In this document: positions 7,008-15,841 of the stretch, piece by piece
Layout of the letters: each line of letters starts with the position of its first letter
Numbering within the stretch: the first letter of the stretch is position 1
NCBI GenBank assembly: GCA_041611735.1
Contig: JBFIML010000044.1
Span: 1 to 37,235 of the forward strand
Source of the DNA: Myxococcota bacterium
Lineage (GTDB): Bacteria > Myxococcota_A > UBA9160 > PR03
Reading direction: 5' to 3'
DNA length: 37,235 nt
Position numbers and translations under genes: made by a program
The notes under the pieces: generated by a model
Databases searched by the model: none
What the model saw: the letters and a program-made list of their open reading frames with translations, nothing else
What the model was told of the DNA's origin: nothing

Positions 7008-7777
7008 GTCTCCCTCCGCGGGCCCTCGTGCCGGGGCAGCACCCGGTGCGGATGGCCGTGGGCGAGCAGGTCCACCGGGCAGCCGTAGGTCGCCTCGAAC
7101 ATCTCCGGCGTGAGCTGCCGGGAGGGATGGAAGAAGAGGCGGCGGTTCAGGCAGGCCACGCTGCGCACGTACTTGGAGATGGCGCCCACGTCGTGGGACA
7201 CGATCACGACGGTCATGTCCCGGGCCAGCTCCTCGAACAGCTCCCACACGCTGCGCCCGATCCGTTCGTCGAGGCTCGCCGTGGGCTCGTCGAGGAGCAG
7301 CAGCTCGGGCTGCATGGCGAGCGCCCGGGCGATCAGCACGCGCTGGAGCTGGCCGCCGGAGAGCGTCCCGATCGGGCGTCCGGCCAGGTCCGCCATCTCG
7401 ACCCGCGCGAGCGCGGCGTGGGCGCGCTCGCGGTCGGCGCGCGTGAAGGGCCGCAGCCGGGGGCGCGCAGCGAGCCGGCCCATGAGGGCTACGTCCAGCA
7501 CCCGGATCGGGAAGTCCAGGTCGAACTCGAAGCGCTGCGGGACGTAGCCGAGCCGCCCCCGCGCGTCCGCCGGGCTTCGCCCCAGCACGCGCACCTGGCC
7601 CCGGTCCGGCTGCAGCAGGCCCAGGATCACCTTGAGCAGCGTCGTCTTGCCGCTTCCGTTCGGTCCCAGGATGGCCAGGTAGTCGTGGCGCTCGAGCACG
7701 AGGCTCACGTCTTCGAGGACGGGCAGGCCGCGTCGCGCCAGGGAGACGCCGGTGAGCTCGAGGGCCGGGGTACTCAC
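7004..7777 (-). CDS. znuC: Zn/Mn ABC transporter ATP-binding protein
   Basis: Walker A GPNGSGKTT, GYVPQ, signature LSGGQLQR, Walker B LLLLDEP, SHD switch, and C-terminal AHGHPHRVL..H. Confidence 0.93.
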   Translation of the reverse strand: MSTPALELTGVSLARRGLPVLEDVSLVLERHDYLAILGPNGSGKTTLLKVILGLLQPDRGQVRVLGRSPADARGRLGYVPQRFEFDLDFPIRVLDVALMGRLAARPRLRPFTRADRERAHAALARVEMADLAGRPIGTLSGGQLQRVLIARALAMQPELLLLDEPTASLDERIGRSVWELFEELARDMTVVIVSHDVGAISKYVRSVACLNRRLFFHPSRQLTPEMFEATYGCPVDLLAHGHPHRVLPRHEGPRRET

Positions 7778-8634
7778 GGAACGGCCGCCGCGGCGATGCG
7801 GCGCGCCACGTGGCGCAGGTTCGCGATCCAGTCGCGGGCCAGGGGATCCAGCGACTCCACGCGCGCTCCGACCTCCGCGGCGACGACCTCGGCACTCGCT
7901 GCGTCGAACTGCGGCGACGAGAAGATCACCGTGACCTGCGCCTCCCGGGCCTGCCGCATCAAGTGTGCAAGCCTTCGCACGTCCGGCGCCTTGCCTTCCT
8001 GCTCGATCGCCACCTGAACCAGGCCGTAGTCGTCGGCAAAGTAGCCCCAGGCCGGGTGGAAGACGAAGAAGCGGTGCCCCCGGGCCTGCGCCAGCAGGCC
8101 GCGGATCTCGGCGTCGAGCTCGTCGATCTCCGCCTGGAAGCGGCGCCGGTTCGCGGCGAGCGCGACCGCGTCCGCGGGGACCCGGGGCGCCAGGGCCTCC
8201 TCCAGGCGCTCCGCCAGCACCCGCACCCGGGCCGGGGAGAGCCAGACGTGCGGATCGTCGCGGTCGCGCCCGACCGCCTGCGTGCTGTCCACCACCGGGA
8301 GCCCCGGGTAGTCGGCCAGGAGATCCTCGAGCCAGGTGCGCTCGAAGGAGAGGTGCTCGTGCCCGACCTTAACGAAGAGCGCGGCCTCGGCCACCGCCCG
8401 CAGCTGCTCGAGGGTCGGCTCGTAGGTGGCCGGGCTCGCGCCGGGCGGGAGCATCACCTCGACGCGCACCCGCTCGCCGGCGATGCGCTCCACGAAGAAG
8501 GCCAGGGGCAGGATCGAGACGACCACCCCGGGCCGCGGGTCGCGGACCCGCTCGGCGCAGCCCGGGAGGAGTGCGAGCGCGGCGAGGAGCACGACGAGGG
8601 CGCGCCCCGCCCGGGGGCCGGGCTTTGCCGACAT
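7774..8634 (-). CDS. znuA: Zn/Mn ABC transporter substrate-binding lipoprotein (ZnuA/TroA family)
   Basis: ATG at 8634, the real part of the 1070-aa track ORF. Lipobox LPGC; motifs PGASPATYEPT, DPHVWLSP, FHPAWGYFADDYGL and LDPL. Confidence 0.9.
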   Translation of the reverse strand: MSAKPGPRAGRALVVLLAALALLPGCAERVRDPRPGVVVSILPLAFFVERIAGERVRVEVMLPPGASPATYEPTLEQLRAVAEAALFVKVGHEHLSFERTWLEDLLADYPGLPVVDSTQAVGRDRDDPHVWLSPARVRVLAERLEEALAPRVPADAVALAANRRRFQAEIDELDAEIRGLLAQARGHRFFVFHPAWGYFADDYGLVQVAIEQEGKAPDVRRLAHLMRQAREAQVTVIFSSPQFDAASAEVVAAEVGARVESLDPLARDWIANLRHVARRIAAAAVP

Positions 8635-8643
8635 GACGGCGGG

Positions 8644-8653
8644 TGGTAGCGTA
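8644..8653. promoter_or_regulatory. Overlapping divergent -10-like hexamers between znuA and the acyl-CoA ligase
   Basis: Plus strand TGgTAGCGT (extended -10, hexamer 8647-8652) overlaps minus strand TACGCT (8653-8648) in a 48-bp divergent gap. Confidence 0.35.
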
Positions 8654-8682
8654 CTCGCCGGGGGAGCCACCAGGGAGCGTCC

Positions 8683-10485
8683 ATGGCCGAGCGAGCCGAT
8701 CAGGAGAAGCAGGCGGGTCCCGAGCCCGCCTCCCTGGCAGAGGCCTTCCGGCGCACCGTCGCCGCCCACCCGGAGCGCGTGGCGGTCCGCACCCTGGAGG
8801 AAGGGGGGGCGCTCACCTGGCGCGAGCTGGCGGACCGGGTCGATGCGCTGGCGGGCGGGCTCGCGCGCCTCGGCGTCCGCCACGGTGACAGCGTGGCGCT
8901 CATGCTCGCCAACCGGCCCGAGTTCCACCTGGTGGATCTCGCCGCCATGACGCTCGGCGCGGTCCCGTTCTCCATCTACCAGACCCTCACGCCGGAGCAG
9001 ATCGAGTACGTGGTCGGCGACTCCGGCGCACGCCTGGCCGTGATCGAGCGCGCCTACTTCGAGTCGTTCATGAAGGCGCGGCAGAACCTTCCCGCCGTGG
9101 AGAACGTGCTGGTGATCGACGGCGAGGGGGAGGGCGGTACGCTGCGCCTGTCGGAGGTGGAGGGTTCGAACCCGGGCTTCGACGTGGCCTCCGCCTGGCG
9201 GCGCATCGGACCCGACGACCTCTTGACGCTGATCTATACCTCCGGCACCACCGGGCCGCCCAAGGGCGTCCAGCTCACGCACCGCAACCTGCTGGCATCG
9301 ATCCGCGCCGCGCGCGAGGTGATCGGCTTCCCGTCGCAGGCCCGCGTCATCTCCTGGCTGCCCGCTGCCCACATCGCCGAGCGGGCCGCCCACCATTACC
9401 TCCCGATCGCCTTCGGCTTCACGATCACCACCTGCTCGAACCCGCGCGAGATCGTGTCGGTGCTGCCGAAGGTGCGGCCGAACTGGTTCTTCGCGGTGCC
9501 GCGCATCTGGGAGAAGATGAAGGCCGGCCTCGAGGCGCGCCTGGCGGCGCTGCCCGAGGCCCAGCGCCAGGGCATCGAGGCGGCGCTCGCCGCCGCCCTG
9601 GAGAAGGTGCGCCTCCAGCAGGCCGGCCGGCCCGTGCCCCGGGAGCTGGCCGAGAAGGTGGCGGCGGCGGACGCGGCGATCTTCTCGGGCCTGCGCACCA
9701 TGCTCGGCCTCGACCAGGCCCAGGCCGTCGCCGCCGGCGCGGCGCCGACCCCGCCGGAGGTGATCGAGTTCTTCCATGCCCTCGGCATCGAGCTCGGCGA
9801 GCTGTGGGGGATGTCCGAGACCTCGGGGACCGGCACGGTGAACCCGCCGGGCCAGGTGCGCATCGGCACCGTGGGCCGTCCCGTGCCGGGCGTCGAGATC
9901 AAGCTTGCCGCCGACGGCGAGATCCTGATCCGCGGCGACTGCATCATGCCCGGCTACCGAAACCTCCCGGACAAGACCCGTGAGGCCTTCGCCGCGGACG
10001 GCTGGCTCGCCACCGGCGACATCGGGGAGTTCGACGAAGAGGGCTACCTGCGCATCATCGACCGCAAGAAGGAGCTCATCATCAACGCCGCTGGCAAGAA
10101 CATGTCGCCGGCCAACATCGAGGGCACGCTGAAGGCCTCGAGCCCCCTGATCGGGCAGGCCTGCGTGATCGGAGACCGGCGGCCCTACAACACGGCGTTG
10201 ATCGTGCTGGACGCGGACTTCGTGCCGGCCTGGGCGGAGCAGCACGGTCTGGCGAGACGCTCCCTGGAGCAGCTCGCCGGGGAGGAGAAGGTCCGGCAGG
10301 CGGTCGCCGCGGGCGTCGAGGCGGCGAACGCCAAGCTCGCCCGGGTCGAGCAGGTCAAGAAGTTCACGATCCTGCCCGGCGACTGGCTGCCCGGCGGCGA
10401 CGAGCTCACCCCCACCATGAAGCTCAAGCGCAAGCCCATCGCCGAGAAGTACGCCCGCGAGATCGAGGCCCTGTACGCGGCTTGA
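8683..10485 (+). CDS. fadD: Long-chain fatty-acid--CoA ligase (AMP-dependent synthetase, FadD11/FadD15-like)
   Basis: 600 aa. AMP-binding IYTSGTTGPPKG, WGMSET, GWLATGDIG, IIDRKKELII..AGKN and C-terminal ELTPTMKLKR. Confidence 0.93.
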   Translation: MAERADQEKQAGPEPASLAEAFRRTVAAHPERVAVRTLEEGGALTWRELADRVDALAGGLARLGVRHGDSVALMLANRPEFHLVDLAAMTLGAVPFSIYQTLTPEQIEYVVGDSGARLAVIERAYFESFMKARQNLPAVENVLVIDGEGEGGTLRLSEVEGSNPGFDVASAWRRIGPDDLLTLIYTSGTTGPPKGVQLTHRNLLASIRAAREVIGFPSQARVISWLPAAHIAERAAHHYLPIAFGFTITTCSNPREIVSVLPKVRPNWFFAVPRIWEKMKAGLEARLAALPEAQRQGIEAALAAALEKVRLQQAGRPVPRELAEKVAAADAAIFSGLRTMLGLDQAQAVAAGAAPTPPEVIEFFHALGIELGELWGMSETSGTGTVNPPGQVRIGTVGRPVPGVEIKLAADGEILIRGDCIMPGYRNLPDKTREAFAADGWLATGDIGEFDEEGYLRIIDRKKELIINAAGKNMSPANIEGTLKASSPLIGQACVIGDRRPYNTALIVLDADFVPAWAEQHGLARRSLEQLAGEEKVRQAVAAGVEAANAKLARVEQVKKFTILPGDWLPGGDELTPTMKLKRKPIAEKYAREIEALYAA

Positions 10486-10883
10486 GCGTCCCCCGTCTGG
10501 TCTGGGAGGGCGACGTGCAGGGGTCCCTGCGGCTCGGTTCCTCCCCGCAGCCCCTGCGCTCGGTGGAGGCCCTGGCCACCCGGGTGCGCGAACCGGGACT
10601 GGAGCTCGACGGGGAGGAGTGCGCCCTGCTGGGCGGCTTCGCCCTGCTGCTCTGCATCCGCGACGTTCGCGTCGGCCGGGCGGGGCTCGTGCTCCCCACG
10701 GCGCAGCGGCGCCTCCAGGCGGCCTGCGGCGAGCTGCTCGACGGCGAGCAGGCGCGGGCATTCCGACTCGGCGTCGAGACGCTCGCGGAAGACCTCCACC
10801 CGACCCGCGGCGAGCCCCACCACGTGCTGGCCTATCTGGCCTGGCTGCACCTCGAACGTCGCCTGGAAGAAGCGCGTCGCTAG
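10482..10883 (+). CDS. Hypothetical protein (133 aa)
   Basis: TTG start overlaps the fadD TGA. It fills the gap exactly up to the treY stop (shared CTAG) and has normal codon usage. Confidence 0.65.
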   Translation: MSVPRLVWEGDVQGSLRLGSSPQPLRSVEALATRVREPGLELDGEECALLGGFALLLCIRDVRVGRAGLVLPTAQRRLQAACGELLDGEQARAFRLGVETLAEDLHPTRGEPHHVLAYLAWLHLERRLEEARR

Positions 10884-13711
10884 CCCAGCAGCAGCGCGAC
10901 CGGCAGCTCCTCCAGCAGCTCGGCCAGCGCGAGCTCGGGACGCGCGGGGGCTCGAGGCACCCGCCGGCGCCGGCCGGTGAGCGCATCGCGCAGCGTGCGC
11001 CCGGCCAGGTCCGAGGGCAGCCGGATCCGCGTGGCGCCCCACACCGCCGGGCCCACCGGGGCGCGCGTCGCGTCCCCGGTGAGTGTGCGCGGGAGCCGCG
11101 GCACCACGCTCAAGGCCGCGCGGCGCCCGCTACGGCGCACGAAGGCGATCACGTGCCGCGCGTGCTCGCCCCGGGCACGCAGGGGCCGGTAGTCGCCCTC
11201 CGCGAATAGCCGCGGATGGCGCTGCCGCGCGGCGAGGGCCGCATGGATCGCGTGGAGCTTCAGGCGGCCGTCCTCGGCTCGGGCCAGGAGTCCGCGCAGG
11301 AAGGCGCTGCGCCGTCGCCCGGCCGCTCGGAAGGCGTGCTCCGCCCGGGCCAGCAACCGCGCCCGGTGCGCGAAGTCGACCGGCCCGCGGTTGTCCGGAT
11401 CCACCAGGCTGAAGGTCCAGAGCTCGTCGCCCTGGTAGAGGTCGGGCACCCCGGGCGCGCTGAGCTGAACCAGGGTCCGCGAGAGCGCGTTCCACAGGCC
11501 CGGACGCGCCACCTCCGCCACGAAGGCGGCCAGGTCGCGCTGGAACGCCGCCGCCGCGCCGCGCGGAGCGGCGGCCAGGAGGGCGCGCACGAAGGAGCGC
11601 AGGGCCGCCTCGAAGGCCGGGTCCGGGTCGATCCAGCTCGTCTCGCGCTTGGCCTCCCGGGCGGCTTTGACGAGATACGCCTCCGCGCGGGCGGCCAGGC
11701 GCGCCCGGGCCGGCGGCCCGGGCGCGCGGGGCCCCAGGGGCCACACGCCCACCAGGGTCTGGTAGAGGAACCGCTCGGTATTCGCGTCCGGAAGCCGGCG
11801 GCGCCCGACCCGCGGGCGCAAGACCCGGTTCGTGCGTCGCCAGCGCGCCACGGCGCGAGCCCAGTCCGTGGGGAGCTCCGTGAGCACGTCGAGGCGTGCG
11901 CGCACGTCGGCGCTGCGCTTGGTGTCGTGGGTGCTCGCCGCCAACAGCGTGCCGGGCCAGTGCCGCGCCCGCTCCCGGTTGCGGGCGTGCAGCTCGGCCA
12001 CGGCGCCCTCCAGCCCGTGGCCCGGCTCGCCGCCCACCTCGTTGCGGGAGAGCAGCGGGGCGTGGGCGTAGTGGGCCGTGTCCTCGATGCCCTTGGCGGC
12101 GGCGGGTCCGGAGGTCTGCTGGAAGCGGCGCAGGAAGGCGACGCGCACGCTCCGAGACGGAGCGCCCGGCAGCGAGGCGCCGAGCAGCCCCTGGCGGACG
12201 CGAGCCAGGGCCCGGGGCGCGGCGCGCCCGCTGCGCCGGGCGTCCGCCAGGGCCCGGGCGAGCCGGGCCCGATCGGTGCGCGAGAGCCGGCCGCGGCGGT
12301 CTGCGTAGGTGCGGTAGACCGGGAGGTGCACGATCGTCTCGGCGATCGCCGTGCGCAGCTCCGCCGGGGTGACGCCCGGCGCGTGAGGCGCGAGGTCCGC
12401 GGCGAGGCGACGCACGTCGGCGCGCAGGAGCTCGCGCAGGACGAGCCGCTTGCCCGCCCGCCCTGCCGCAGCGAACGAATGCCGCGTCCCGGTCGCCCGG
12501 GCCCCGCTCCGCTCCAGCGCCCGGGCCCCGTGCGGATCGAGAAGCGCGTCCTCCAGCTGGTTCAGGAACTCGTAGCCCGTGGTTCCCTGCACGGGCCATG
12601 AGCGAGGCAGGCGCTCGTCGGCAGCCAGGATCTTCTCCACCAGCAGCACGAAACGGCGACCCCGCTCGGCCCCCAGCCGGTGCCCCAGGGCGCGTCGTAG
12701 CCGCCGCAGGTAGTCGGCCGGGTCGAGCAGCCCGTCCACGTGGTCGATGCGAAGGCCGTCCACGAGATCGCGCGCAGCCAGATCGAGCCAGAGGACGTGG
12801 CTCGCCGCGAACACGCGGGCATCCTCCACCCGGATCCCGATCAGCTCGTTCACGTCGAAGAAGCGCCGGTAGTTGAGGCGATGCCGGGCGCTCTTCCAGG
12901 GCGCGGGCCGCCAGGCCTGGCGCGCCAGCAGCGCCGCGAGACGCCGCCGCGCGGCGGCGTCGCCGCGCAGCTGCCGGGCGGCGGCCTGCAGCGCCCGGGG
13001 GCTGCGGCCCACGAGCGCGCGCAGGCGACGCCGGGCCCGGGCGCTGGCCTCGGCGCGGGCCCTCAGCGCGGCGCCATCCGTCCGCGTGCGCGGGGGCAGC
13101 TGGCGCAGGGGAGCGAGGAGCGCTTCCAGGGCGGCGCCCGTCTGCCGTCGGCGCCCGACGGTGCGGGCGGCGAACGCCTGGGGCCAGGTGGCCGGGTCGA
13201 GCGGCCAGGACGATGCGTGGCGGCGCAGGCGCAAGACGCCGTCCACGCAGACCAGGGTGAACTCGTCCCGGGCCAGGGCCTCGGCCAGGGGTCGCTCCAG
13301 GACGGGAAGCAGCAGCGGGCGGTGGCGGCGGGCGCCGGGGGGACCCCAGTCCACATCGAACCAGCGGGCCCAGCGGGAGGCCGGACCGTGGGCGAGCACG
13401 TCGTCGAAGGCGGGATTGGCCGGATCCGCGGCCAGGTGATTGGGCACCACGTCGAGGAGCAGCCCCAGGTGAAGTCGCCGCGCCGCCGCCGCGAGGCGCA
13501 CCAGCGCCGGCAGCCCGCCCAGGACCGGGTCGACGCGGGTCGGGTCCACCCCGTCGTACCCATGGGGGCTTGCGGGGCGCGCCTGCTGGATGGGCGAGAG
13601 GTAGAGATGGCTCACGCCGAGCCGGGCCAGGTAGGCAAGCAGCGGGCGCACCCGGGCCAGGGTCAGCCCCCCGCGCAGCTGCAGGCGGTAGCTGGCCCGC
13701 AACGGGATCAC
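10880..13711 (-). CDS. treY: Malto-oligosyltrehalose synthase (GH13)
   Basis: GTG at 13711 overlaps the malQ stop. Motifs ASYRLQL, HLYLSPI, HGYD..DP, DVVPNH, NYRRFFDVNEL, GLRIDHVDGL, VEKIL, QQTSGP..AKG.EDT, STHDTKRS and SLVDPDNRGPVDF. Confidence 0.95.
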   Translation of the reverse strand: MIPLRASYRLQLRGGLTLARVRPLLAYLARLGVSHLYLSPIQQARPASPHGYDGVDPTRVDPVLGGLPALVRLAAAARRLHLGLLLDVVPNHLAADPANPAFDDVLAHGPASRWARWFDVDWGPPGARRHRPLLLPVLERPLAEALARDEFTLVCVDGVLRLRRHASSWPLDPATWPQAFAARTVGRRRQTGAALEALLAPLRQLPPRTRTDGAALRARAEASARARRRLRALVGRSPRALQAAARQLRGDAAARRRLAALLARQAWRPAPWKSARHRLNYRRFFDVNELIGIRVEDARVFAASHVLWLDLAARDLVDGLRIDHVDGLLDPADYLRRLRRALGHRLGAERGRRFVLLVEKILAADERLPRSWPVQGTTGYEFLNQLEDALLDPHGARALERSGARATGTRHSFAAAGRAGKRLVLRELLRADVRRLAADLAPHAPGVTPAELRTAIAETIVHLPVYRTYADRRGRLSRTDRARLARALADARRSGRAAPRALARVRQGLLGASLPGAPSRSVRVAFLRRFQQTSGPAAAKGIEDTAHYAHAPLLSRNEVGGEPGHGLEGAVAELHARNRERARHWPGTLLAASTHDTKRSADVRARLDVLTELPTDWARAVARWRRTNRVLRPRVGRRRLPDANTERFLYQTLVGVWPLGPRAPGPPARARLAARAEAYLVKAAREAKRETSWIDPDPAFEAALRSFVRALLAAAPRGAAAAFQRDLAAFVAEVARPGLWNALSRTLVQLSAPGVPDLYQGDELWTFSLVDPDNRGPVDFAHRARLLARAEHAFRAAGRRRSAFLRGLLARAEDGRLKLHAIHAALAARQRHPRLFAEGDYRPLRARGEHARHVIAFVRRSGRRAALSVVPRLPRTLTGDATRAPVGPAVWGATRIRLPSDLAGRTLRDALTGRRRRVPRAPARPELALAELLEELPVALLLG

Positions 13712-15840
13712 CGGGAGGCCCGGGAGGCCAGGCCCGCCAGGGCGCGACGCACGCCCGGGTCGCGACCCAGCGCGTCCACCCGCAGCCGCATGCGCCGTGT
13801 CCAGCTCGGGTGGCGCTCCGGAGACACGCCGGGGAGATTGAGCGCCTCGGTCTCGCCGCTCAGGTCGTCGAGCGCCACGCCGACCAGGGGCGCCGGCGTG
13901 CGACACAGGAAGGCGTGCACGGCTGCCGAGAGCTCCGGGTAGGCCGGCGGCGGGTCCGTCCGGCCCGCCAGCCCCTCCGCCGCCAGGCGCCGCAGCAGGG
14001 CGCGACGCTCCCACGCGCGCTGGCGTTGCGCCTCGCGGAAGGCGGCAGCGTCCGGGATGGCGCCCACGGTGCGGCGATCGACGAGATCGCGGCCCTCCCA
14101 GAAGCCCGCCAGGGTGGGGAGATCGTGGGTGTTGGCGGTGACCAGGGCCCGCCTCGAGTAGCGCGACGCAGGCCGGAAGCGGCCACGTCGGTCGCGTTCG
14201 AACAGGAGCACCCGTGAGGAGAGCACGCCGGCCCGGGCCAGACGCGCCGGCAGCCCGCGCGGGACCGTCCCCAGGTCCTCGCCCACCACCAGAGCGCCGT
14301 GGCGACGGCTCTCCAGGGCGAGGACGGCCAGCAGCGCGTCGGCGGGGAAGCGCACGTAGGCGCCCTCGCTGGCGGGTCGGCCCGCCGGGATCCACCACTG
14401 ACGGAACAGGCCCATCACGTGATCGATGCGAAGGGCGCCGGCATGTGCGAAGGCCGCGCGCAGCAGCAGGGTCCAGTAGCGGAAGCCCTGAGCCGCCAGG
14501 CGCCGGGGTGCGAGGGGCGGAAGCCCCCAGTCCTGGCCCGTGGTCGAGTACTCGTCGGGGGGCGCGCCCAGGGAGGCGCCGTCCACGAAGAGGCCCGGAA
14601 AGGCCCAGGCGTCGAAGCCGGAGGCGATGCTCCCCAGGGCGAGGTCCTGGTAGAGGCCCAGGGCGAGGCCGGCCCGCCGCGCCGTACGCGCCGCCTCACC
14701 GAGCTGGCGGTCCAGCTCGAACTGGATCCAGGCCTCGCGCTCCACCGCACGGGCGTGGGCCGCGGCGAAGTCGCGCACGCCCGGCGCAGCGGGCTCCCGA
14801 TAGCCGCGCGGCCAGCTGCGCCAGTCGCGGGCGTGACCGCGCGCGGCCAGGTGCTCCTCCAGGGCCGAGAAGATCGCGAACTGCCGGAGCAGCTCCCCTC
14901 CCCGGGCGCAGAAGGTCGCGAAGGCGCGACCCCGCGGCGTGGCGCCGCGCCCGTGGATGCGGCGGAAGCGGCGGTGGAGCTCGGCCAGCAGGGGACGCTG
15001 CAGGGCGTTCACCCGTTCGTAGCGAACGCGTCCTGCGCGGCGCAGGGCGGTCAGCTCCCGCACCCGGGCGGGGGGGACGAGCCGCGCCCCGGCGCCCTGC
15101 TTCCACTCCGGCGTGGCGGTGGGGTCCAGGTAGAGGGGATTGCGGAACAGCCGGCTCACCGGCGAGTAGGGGCTGATCTCGGGCATGCGGTTGCGGACGG
15201 CGTGGAGCGGATTCAGGCCCACGAAGGCGGCGCCGATGCGGCCCGCGAAGCGCGCCAGTGCGCACAGGTCGGTCAGGTTCCCCACGCCGAGGTCTCGGGT
15301 GCCGCGCAGGGTGTAGAGGTGGGTCCAGAGTCCGAAGACACGGCGGCGGCCCAGGAGCTCGGCGACGTCGCAGCAGGCGGCGGGTGCCACCACGAGGGTC
15401 TGGCTGGCGTGACGCAGCGTGCCCGGGCCGTGCAGCACCAGCCGAACCTCGTGCACGCCCGGCGGCAGCCGCGGCAGGCGGGGTCCCGCCGCGCCGCGCC
15501 GCCAGCGTCCCTCGGCCGCGTGCACCGGGCCGTCCTCCTCCTGCACCTGGAGCTCCCAGCGGACCGGCATCGCCCCGGGCTGGCGTAGCCGCAGGCGTGC
15601 GCGCCGCCCGGCACCCACCAGCTGCACCGGGTCGAGGGCCTGCGCCTGCTGCTCCGCCTCGAGGGCCTCCAGGGCGTGGCGGGCGGCGGACTCGTCGCCG
15701 GCGTCGATCCCCAGGGCCGCCAGCAGCGCCACCCGCGTGGCGTCCGAGGTGACGCGGCGCCGGCCGCTTCCGGCCGCCTGGTAGGCCGGCAGGATGCCCA
15801 GCCGGTCGGCCAGGGCGCGCAGGGCCGGGCGCCGCGCCAC
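13708..15840 (-). CDS. malQ: 4-alpha-glucanotransferase (amylomaltase, GH77)
   Basis: Motifs GLNPLHA, SPYSPVSRLFRNPLY, GLYQDLALG, GAPPD....GQDWGLPP, LRIDHVMG, GEDLG, THDLPT and NLPG. Confidence 0.95.
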   Translation of the reverse strand: MARRPALRALADRLGILPAYQAAGSGRRRVTSDATRVALLAALGIDAGDESAARHALEALEAEQQAQALDPVQLVGAGRRARLRLRQPGAMPVRWELQVQEEDGPVHAAEGRWRRGAAGPRLPRLPPGVHEVRLVLHGPGTLRHASQTLVVAPAACCDVAELLGRRRVFGLWTHLYTLRGTRDLGVGNLTDLCALARFAGRIGAAFVGLNPLHAVRNRMPEISPYSPVSRLFRNPLYLDPTATPEWKQGAGARLVPPARVRELTALRRAGRVRYERVNALQRPLLAELHRRFRRIHGRGATPRGRAFATFCARGGELLRQFAIFSALEEHLAARGHARDWRSWPRGYREPAAPGVRDFAAAHARAVEREAWIQFELDRQLGEAARTARRAGLALGLYQDLALGSIASGFDAWAFPGLFVDGASLGAPPDEYSTTGQDWGLPPLAPRRLAAQGFRYWTLLLRAAFAHAGALRIDHVMGLFRQWWIPAGRPASEGAYVRFPADALLAVLALESRRHGALVVGEDLGTVPRGLPARLARAGVLSSRVLLFERDRRGRFRPASRYSRRALVTANTHDLPTLAGFWEGRDLVDRRTVGAIPDAAAFREAQRQRAWERRALLRRLAAEGLAGRTDPPPAYPELSAAVHAFLCRTPAPLVGVALDDLSGETEALNLPGVSPERHPSWTRRMRLRVDALGRDPGVRRALAGLASRASR

Positions 15841-15841
15841 G

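Noticed and set aside
8635-8682. Zur box upstream of znuA
   Set aside because: No AT-rich inverted repeat resembling a Zur/Fur operator is visible in the 48-bp gap.
7774-10986. 1070-aa track ORF that looks like a giant ZnuA fusion; similar apparent N-terminal extensions on treY, glgB, glgX, treS, znuB, the ATP-grasp gene and the HEXXH peptidase
   Set aside because: The extensions are stop-free reading frames over neighbouring genes. The true starts are marked by signal peptides or start/stop overlaps (8634, 13711, 18073, 20184, 25312, 7007, 31950, 31000).
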